From NCBI GenBank assembly GCA_918797485.1, contig CAKKNE010000006.1, positions 2,604,001-2,668,000 on the forward strand: a stretch of 64,000 nucleotides of DNA, written 5' to 3'. Below are positions 56,201 through 64,000 of this stretch, piece by piece (position 1 is the first letter of the stretch; every line of letters begins with the position of its first letter). The notes below the pieces were generated by a model. That model was not told the origin of the DNA, ran no database searches, and was given only the letters and a program-made list of their open reading frames with translations. The position numbers were made by a program, and so were the translations under genes. This stretch comes from Pelagomonas calceolata. Its lineage: Eukaryota.

Positions 56201-57699
56201 GCCGCGTCGTCTTCGGACCGCGGGCGCTTCCGCGATGGTGTCTCGGCAGGCGCGGCGGCCGAAACTTTGGGCGTTCTTGCTTTGCTCGGCGCGGACGGGC
56301 GCGCGGCTCTCGGCTTCGGGCGCGCGGCGGCCGCCGGCCGGCTCTCGCGCCGCGAGGCCGGCGCGCGCCGCGTCGCAATAATGTCGGGGAATGCCGCGCG
56401 CGTCGCCTCCTCGTCGCCGGGAAAATTCACCGCCTTCTTCCGGTGGGCTAGGAGCATCGCGTCGACGGCGCGCGCGGCCGCCTCCTGCGTCGCGTGGCTC
56501 CCGGCGCTGACCGAGCCCCCGCCCATATGGACGCACGTCGTCCAGCTCACGCGCGTCTTGTTGGGGGGATATACATGCTTGAACCGGGGCACCGACACCG
56601 GTGCCGGCGTGTCCTCGTCGACGGGCTCCGTCGCGGGCGCGGGCGCGGGCGCCTCCTCCGCGTCGTTCCGCGTGCGCGATGCCGAAGGCCGCGCCGCGTA
56701 GGTCTTTCCCGCGTCGACTAGATCCGTCAGCCGCTCGGGCTTCGTCCGCGCGCGCCCCACTCGTTGCCCGACGGCGGTCTCGGGCCGCGCGGCGGTGGCG
56801 TCGGGCGCCACAGGCTCGACGGCCGCAGTGGTGACCGGGGGCTTCGGTCGTAATTTTTTCGTCGCGGCGCGGCGTGCGTCCTCGCCCTCGTCGGCCTCGC
56901 GGTCGGCCTCCGTGCGGTAAGCACCACCGGTTCGCGCGAGGTCCAAGCAGCCTTCGAAGTACTTGACGAGCTGGGGCTTCGTCCGTGGCATGTCCTGAGA
57001 CGCCGAGTAGTCCTTGCCGGCGACGTCGTAATAGCACGGGTATGTGGCCGGTACTGAGATGTGATATTCCGACGGTTTTGGGCCGACCTTAACGCACCGG
57101 AAGCCGTCGCTCACGAGCCGGTCGCGGATGCCCACGATGCCACTCTGGTCCTCGAGGGCGGCGAGTAGATCGGTGCAGACGCCGGCCCACGCTGACGCAG
57201 CGGACGCGACGTGCGGCTTTCGCGCCGGTGCCGGCAGTGCCGGCGGTGGTGCGGCCTCGGAGCGTTCCGGCGCGGGCGGGACCGCGACCGACTGATGAGC
57301 CTGCTCCCTTTCATCTTCAGCCGCAGTGGTGACCGGCGGCACCGCCTCAGCATCCTCGGCCGGCGCCGGCGCCTCAGTAGTTGGAGCTGGCGCCTGGCCC
57401 GGGAGCGGGAAGTTTACGGGCGGGAGGCCTCGCTCCTCGCGGGCCGCGTCGTAAGCCCACGCGGCGGCGCCAGCATTTTCGTACGTGCCGAGCCGCTTAA
57501 TCTCTTCCCCGTCGAATTTGATGTCAACTACCCACATACCCTCCTCCCGCGAGACGCCTTCGTAGGTGCGCTCTTCGGGCGGCAGCGGCGCCTCGACGGC
57601 TACCGGTGCGGGCGCGGCTTCAATAGCAGTTTCCGCCGGGAACCAGCTCGGCGCTGCTGCTGCAGAGGGAGAGCCGACGGTGCCTTGTAAGTCCTCCAT
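53262..57699 (-). CDS. Multidomain chromatin/transcription protein: 2 AP2, coiled coil, 3 Tudor/Agenet, Myb, SAP-like, MBD-like, NUMOD1-like, RING-H2; intron 54275-54374
   Basis: YEGVS..LGTYENAGAAAWAYD..VNFP; VEARFRGGDVFYPA..LKYTDGDSE; WTAEEEKQL..WSAIA; PDKYYHKPG..YRS; CAICM..CGHAFHAACL..CPLCR. The intron joins the two ORFs in frame. Confidence 0.85.
54275..54366 (-). mobile_element. Introner-like TIR element with a perfect 8-bp TSD
   Basis: ttggtaac at 54267-54274 and 54367-54374; TIR ctgtgcataaatcaa / ttgatttatgcactg. Confidence 0.9.
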
Positions 57700-57904
57700 G
57701 CTCCGAGCACTGCAGCGCGCGCGCGAGACTGTAAATCGCTGCGCGCTGAAAATGCGCTACAGGAATGCCGATACGCCTTTGTCTGAACAGCCTGCGCAGT
57801 GGCCTTCAGAGCCCGAGTCGGAGAGCCGGCTTGCTAGTGTGTTACAACCGCTAGCGCCTCGTTTTGCGCTTATTTTTGCTGCGGCACTTAGGCAGCCCAA
57901 AACG

Positions 57905-59327
57905 ATGAAACGCCTCGTCCTCGCAGCCGTTCTCCATGTGGCAGCCACAAATAACTGCGAACGGGCCACCGATTTGAAGCCAGAGCACATTTGCAGAGCC
58001 CCCACCAATCCGGATGCGCTGCGGAGCGCCATACCAGACGATGCTGACGCGCTCCCGCTAAAAAGTAGCGCACCACCGTCCTTGAACGTAATCCAAGGCA
58101 ACGTCGCGAAACAGAAGGCGCGGCTCCTGCGCAAGGCCAATACTGAAGGCGCGCCGCTGGTCTGGGTGCTCGACGACTACGTGGGCATTGGCAACGCGCT
58201 GGATGCTTACGTGAGGGCGGTGATCGAGGCGCGGCATCGCCGACGATCGCTCATCATCAAGTCGCCGATCCTGCGCAATCTGTGTCGCATTGTTGGCGTG
58301 CGGTGCATAAATCAAATTGTCGCGGTGCGTCTACGCCATCGCACCCGACTCACTGGTTGATTTGCGCACAGGTGGCGTGCGATGGCCTTGTTGGTGCAAA
58401 GCGCGACGACCTCTCGCGAAACGAGCGCATGTGCCTCGCAAGCAGCCACCAGGCGGAATCAGAGCATTGCGTCTACTACACGACCTTCGGCTGGCGCAAC
58501 GGCAAGTATCCTCCCGATTATGACCTATCCTTATATGACGGGCGCCTGACAGCAGCGCGGCGGGCGATCCTGCGCGAGTTCCTGCCGAGGCGGGAACACG
58601 GCGAGCTATTGAAGCGCTTCTTGCCTATTCTGGAAAGGGCGTTCGTGGGGGCGAGCGTCGAAGAGGCTATAGCGCCTACTCAACGTTATGCGGTGGCGCT
58701 TCACTTAAGGACGTTGGATTTTATCGAAGGCATTGACCTGCGTGGCCATCAGCCAGTGGCCTTCTTATTGCGAGAGACTCCGCCAGCCTCCACGCCATCG
58801 ATCGCGTCGATGGGCGTCATTGATTCCACACAGGCAAGAATGCGACCGACGCCGCCGCATTCGATTGGCTCCAGACGAGGAAAGCCCGATTCAAGTGGAC
58901 CTGTTTAGTCAGGCGGCTGCGCGCTCTGGGGTTGGGCTGTTCACCTAATCAAAAGGTTTTCCTGGCGGCCGACTCCGCACCCGTAAAGCGGGCCTTTGCA
59001 CGCGCGATCGAGGAGGCTTTTGGCTCCACGGTGAAATGTGAGTACTTCGACGGCATCGAACCACCCAAGTACAACGTCTGGTTCGCCAAGACGCCGACGT
59101 TTAACGACTGGCTCTCGCTGACGACGACGGTCTGCGACTGGCTCGCCCTCGCGAATTCGCGATTGGTCATCGGCGTCAAGGGCACGACGTCGGTGCAGCA
59201 CCTGCCCTCGTCGTTCGCGCGGACGGCGTCGATCATCAGTGGCGCTAATTTTGATGACCTCGCGGGGCTCGAGCGGGACCAGCGGAGCGTGACGTGCTGC
59301 GCGTGGTACGACCATCGGGACTGGTAG
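57905..59327 (+). CDS. Secretory-pathway fucosyltransferase-like glycosyltransferase; introns about 58292-58371 and 58730-58833 (GC-AG)
   Basis: Signal peptide MKRLVLAAVLHVAA; GIGN, AVALHLRT, VFLAADS, DWLALANS, SSFARTA motifs typical of GT11/GT23/O-FucT. Confidence 0.75.
58301..58371 (+). mobile_element. Introner-like TIR element
   Basis: cggtgcataaatcaaattgtcgcgg...cgcacccgactcactggttgatttgcgcacag, nearly identical ends to the 54275 element; TSD ttggcgtg / gtggcgtg. Confidence 0.88.
58738..58833 (-). mobile_element. Introner-like TIR element, inverted relative to its host gene
   Basis: Ends ctgcgtggccatcagccagtg / ttgattccacacag; GC donor at 58730 in the upstream 8-mer. Confidence 0.7.
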
Positions 59328-59391
59328 TAGTTTTGTATAAGCTTGTTTGTGTGTGTCAAACAGATCTTACTTTGGTGTCCCCGGCCTACTA

Positions 59392-59916
59392 CTACACCGT
59401 GAAGAGGGCGGCGACGGCTGCGGTAAGGACAGAGAGCACTCGCCCGGCGTCGCCGTCCGACTCGTCCTCATCTCTGTCCGCCTTGCCCCCTTTGGCGAGC
59501 GTCGTCGTCGGCTTGGGCGTCGGCGGCGGCGGCGAATCGCTGTCGCCGTCAGCCGCCGGCACGGAATCGAACGTATGATCGGTTCCCGGCGCCGCGGCGC
59601 CCGTGATAGCGACGACCTGCCCGCGCCGGCAATGTAGTCCCACCCGACACGCGTAGTACTTCGTAGTATCAGCGGGGGGTGCATCAATCGTGCAGGAGCC
59701 GCCCACGGCAGCTGGACAGACTTCGGTCGCGGCGCTGAAGTCGCAGGCGTCATAGGCAGCTTTGCTGGACATTTCGTACACGTTGTGTCCGTTGGACCAC
59801 TCGAAGGTGATCTCACTATCGGCGGGAACCGTGATCGACTGCTCGGCGACGGGGATGATCCATGGCACGATAATGGGGGCAGGCGGTGCGGTCGTCGGCG
59901 GCGGGGTCGGCTTAGG
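59392..59916 (-). pseudogene. Phytocyanin/stellacyanin-like cupredoxin with GPI-type C-terminus; lacks a start codon and signal peptide
   Basis: GHNVYEM..AYDACDFS, YYACRVGLHCRRGQ (Cys/His/Gln ligands), hydrophobic tail; upstream the frame hits TAG at 59917-59919 with no ATG. Confidence 0.6.
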
Positions 59917-60510
59917 CTACTCATAGAAAAAGGGGCGTCGGTGCATGTGCGGGACTCCCGTAATAACACGCTGCTTCACCGTGCGAGCTCATATAACCAC
60001 GTGGAGGTAGTCAAATTGTTAATCGAAGCGGGAAGCGACGTTAATGCGCGTGGCCGCGATCAGAATACTCCCCTACACCTGGCGGCTCGCCTCGGCAATG
60101 GTGGCGTCGCAAGCGCCCGGGTGCTGCTGAGAGCTGGCGCCGAGGTGAACGCTGAAAACAATATTGGCGACACGCCGCTTTTTGGCTCACTCAGCGCTTG
60201 GGAATGTAACTCGCGTTGCTTCCGCGTCTGGCCGATTCTCTTGCGTGCCGGTGCCAATCTCCCCGCCGACCCGGACCAGTTCCAGACGTTTCTTGCCAGC
60301 GGTTATATCCGGGGAGTGATCGACGCGGGCGGCTGGGCAAACTACGAACGCCACCACCTCGACAAGCTCACCGCGATGCTCACGCCGAAGGATGATGGCC
60401 GCCGCCGCTCGCCCCGCCGCCTGTCGCCGCTCCGTCGCGTCCCGCCCGAGGTCCTCCACAAGATCGCCGCGTTCGCTTTCCAGTTGGCGTTTTCACCGTA
60501 CAGATACTGA
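59914..60510 (+). pseudogene. 5'-truncated ankyrin-repeat protein, same family as 45276-46004
   Basis: Begins mid-repeat at RLLIEKGASVH; NTPLHLAA, GDTPL; C-terminus VPPEVLHKIAAFAF. Confidence 0.6.
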
Positions 60511-60605
60511 GCGCGAACACCAGCCGGGCCCACCGCGACCCCCGAATAATGGACTCGATTGTATAGTTCTTTAGTAGGGGATGGGGAGGGGAGAGGACCG
60601 CGCGT

Positions 60606-63600
60606 CTACGCCATCGCTGCGGCGACGAGCGCGCCCGCGTCCGCGCGCCCGGCGAAGATGCCCTTCAGCTTCTGCACTAATGCTTCCTTCTCGGCCTCGT
60701 CGACCATCGCGGCCGCCTCCCGCGCGTGCGCGTCGAAGTACGACAACACCGCATCATCATCCGACCAGTCGCAGTCGCAGAACGCCTCGACCTTAGAAGT
60801 GGCGTCCGCGAGCGAGCCACCCTGCCTCGAGATGCCCTTCGCCAGAGCATCGACCGCGAGCCGCCTAGCAGCTCTTTTGTAGAAGTAGCCGCGGGCGCCC
60901 TCCCACGAGACCACGTCCCTAATAACGCCCTTGGCCTTCATGCGGCCCGCCCTATCATGGAGATCGGCAAACTCGATGGCCACCTGCTGGTACAGGGGCG
61001 CCAGCTTCGCCTCCCGCGCCGCCACCGCCGCGTCGCGCTCCGCCGACGCCGGCTGCGCCAATAACTTCGCGAGCTCGGCGTCCGTCCGCGCCATGACCTT
61101 CTTCTGGTCCGGCGACCGGAACTTGACCTCGCAAATCCCCGGCGGCTCCAAGATCCCACCACGACTTTCCGGGTCGGCGTACATCTCCATAAAATCACTA
61201 TTGATCGTCGGGTCCACGACGACCCAGGCCCCACCTCGCAACTCGGCCTTGGGCGGGATGTACACAAAAACGGGCATGTCGTACTTCGTCAATTCATCCA
61301 CGATCTTCGCGCCGAACTTGAGGACCTCGTCGTACATGTCCCTGGTCCCGCCACTGAAGCCGCGCCAGTTCGCGAGGATCATGAGCGGCAGTTTCTCGCC
61401 CCGTCCGAAGTCGGCGATCGCCTGAGCGGTCTTGTGCGCGGAATCCGGGTACCAGACCTGGCCGGCTTGCGGCTTGATCGATTCCCTGGAGTCGGGGTTC
61501 GCCGGGTCCGCCGGGACTACTGCCTCGACCGTTCTAGTTTCGACGGAGATGACGCCGAACGGGATGCCACCCAACTTCGCCCGGCCCGCGACGACGGTCT
61601 TGCCCCAGCCCGCCAGCGTCTCCGTAAACGAACCCTTGTCGAACAAGCCCGTGCCGTCGGCGTTGTCGAGGAGTTCTCTGACGTCGTACGGCGAGCCGTC
61701 GGCCGGCGGCCGGGCCGTCACCGGCCGATCCACGGGGTCCGCCGGTGCTAATAAACCAGGCTTGAGGTCGTTGGCCGTCGCGGGGACGTAGGAGAGCCAT
61801 CTCACAATGGCCTCGCAGCCTGCGCGTGACGACGTGTCTCTCTCTAGGTGTCGCGTCGATGGCGTGTCGCGGCGTCTATGGCGTCAAGGCCGCGGCGACG
61901 GCGTGTCGCGACGACCGCGTCGATGGCGTCGCGGCGACGTAGCACCGCGTCGACGCCATCGACGCGACCACGCCACGGTTGAGACGTGTACTCTCATACG
62001 GCCGCGTCGACGCCGTCGCGGCAACGTGGGCTCACGAAGACGACATAAAATACATAGGACGCCGCCCCGAACCCTCGTAGTCGTCATCAACCCCGAGATG
62101 AGTAACACCATTGGGAACCATGATCTGCTGCCCGCCGAGTTGATCTTGCGACGTGTACACGGCCTTGCCCAACAGCTTGTTCAGGGCCTGGAAGCCTGTT
62201 AAGATCATAGGCCCGGTCTTCATCTGGATGACCCGCTGGCCTAAACGATTCAGGTACGCGCCGATGCCCACAGAGCGTCCAGACACGTAGGACAACGTGA
62301 AGGTCTCCTCATAAGCTCGCGACGTCTCGCCGGCGATCGTGCCCGACCCGCGAAGGTTCTCGACCCCGATGCCGTCCGGCACCTGATCATCAGAACCAAT
62401 GATGGCCTCGATCTCGTGGTGGCCGTTGCGATTCTTCGGCTTCACGTCAACACTTCCGGAAGGGAGCTTCTCGAGGTCCTCAGGAGTGACATACAAGTAC
62501 TCCAAACCCTTGGAGGGGTCGTTGCTGACCCACTTGACGCCGACGAGCGGTTTCAACGCTTCCACGAGCCCGATGCGGGCGCCGGAGTTCGACGACAGGT
62601 ACACTCTGGGGACACCGCGAGCAGCGGCAAACCGCGTGACCTTGGCGAAGAAGTCGTCCTCCGCAACACCGAAGGAGCCGGACTGGTACGTCACATCATT
62701 CGCGACGATGACGACCTCGCGGCCCTCCGGGTACTCCGGGGTTCTAAAAGTGCACGAGAAGCCGACCATGCCCACGTCGTTGGTACCTACCGGTCTGCTA
62801 CCTTTGGTGGAGACGCCGTACTCCGCGTCGTCGTCGAACAAAAGTTCTTCGGCTACTACTACGGAGTCAGACGAGGGAATGTCAATCGGTTCACCTCCGA
62901 ACGCCACGACTTGATCATTTCTATCCCTCCAGGCTTGTAATTGAGCAGTAGCCAACAAACCGACGAAATCATAGGCATACGTCGTGCCAATACGTCTGGC
63001 GGTAGCTCGCTTCTTGGAGACGGCGTCGGCAGCCGGGTAGGGCTCGACGACGCAGTTGTTGCCTTCGACGTCGCAGTACGACAGCGTGACACCCGTGACC
63101 GGGTCGACGCGCTCGATATACGTCCTCAGACTAAGCCAGGGCCCCTCCGCACTGGTAGCGACGCCGCGCACGGGGATGACGCCCCCAGCCGTCTTGAACG
63201 CGAACTTGACCTCTATTTCATCCACCCTAGCCGCTAGTAAGCGCGTCGCTCGCGCGGCTAAATACCCCCCAAGGGTCTTCTGGAACTCCTGATCTAGTTC
63301 TTTGGCACTTTCAAATTCAACCGGCGGGATGACGTTCACGTAGACGCGGCCGGACGCCGTCGGTTTGACGCGAGCGTCGAGGAGAGCCATATCTAGCGCG
63401 TCCAAGGCCTTGTCGAGTAAGCGAGCGCAGCCCCCTTCGAAGAAATCCCTCGAGTGCGTCAAGCGACGCACGAAGACCGACTGGGCCGCGAACTTCGGGT
63501 TCTTGGCTCTCCCAGCTCTATCGTCGCCCACGTACACTCTCAGGTCCCTATTCACGGTAGGCAGGGGCATGGTCAAAAAGTTCCGCTCCACGGCGCCCAA

Positions 63601-64000
63601 CTCCAGTAAGTGGTAAAACGTCGGCCGCATGCCACGTCTGAGCGGGTCCTCGCGGTACGGCCCCGGCTGCGCGCCAAATTCAATGCACGTCGGATTCACG
63701 AAGGTAAAGTAGCGCGGGTAGTACGGCGCGTCCGTGGCCACGAAATTTACCGAACGCAGGCGCGCGGCCTCGACGGCGTTCTGGACGCCGGCCAAGGCCT
63801 GTTCTAGCGTAGCTACGAGTGCCTTATCATCGGTCGTCGCTTCGTTCGACTTTAAGAGGAGATGGATCGTGTTCACGGGCGTCTCGTCGGAAGGATCAGC
63901 CACCCACGAACTATGCGTCTGCAGGCCACTGCGTAACTCATCCCCAAACCCTTCGACCGTGGCGCTCAACCCAGCCACGGCACTCGCAGCATCATCAAAT
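60606..64000 (-). CDS. ACC1: Multifunctional acetyl-CoA carboxylase, central and carboxyltransferase region (5' part outside the window); intron 61820-62072
   Basis: TTYAYDF, ANDVTYQSGSFG, NSGARIGL, GVENLRGSGTIAGETS, VVAGRAKLGGIP, AGQVWYPDSA, ANWRGFSGG, ELRGGAWVV, FADLHDR. Confidence 0.96.

Overview
Gene-dense, high-GC eukaryotic nuclear DNA. It is most likely a pelagophyte alga (Pelagomonas/Aureococcus-like); this is inferred from short GT-AG and GC-AG introns with terminal inverted repeats, bipartite plastid-targeting peptides and the ankyrin/TPR family types. The window holds about 27 protein genes, including SMC2, purF/PPAT, ispE, an eEF3-like ABC-F ATPase, TRMO, EHD, RPN9, SpoU, a 5148-aa repeat protein, ATM1/ABCB7, a DA2/Sip5-like RING protein, TTLL12-like, an AP2/Tudor/RING protein, a fucosyltransferase-like protein and the 3' part of acetyl-CoA carboxylase. 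The standout is the eEF3-like gene. Its two spliceosomal introns are homologous to each other (same 21-nt start, near-identical ~31-nt end, ends complementary) and carry four sense-strand tRNA genes with no Pol III T-run terminators: Trp(CCA) in intron 1 and an Arg(UCG)-Leu(UAG)-Trp(CCA) cluster in intron 2. The tRNA-Leu itself has a 20-nt D-loop intron in an archaeal-type bulge-helix-bulge-like fold. Also present are a family of introner-like TIR elements with 8-bp target-site duplications, a recurrent CTAG-N12-14-CTAG motif upstream of genes, a myristoylated RelA/SpoT-like NTase-TPR protein, and a back-to-back junction of two 5'-truncated genes. All gene calls come from motif recognition by eye; no database searches were run.
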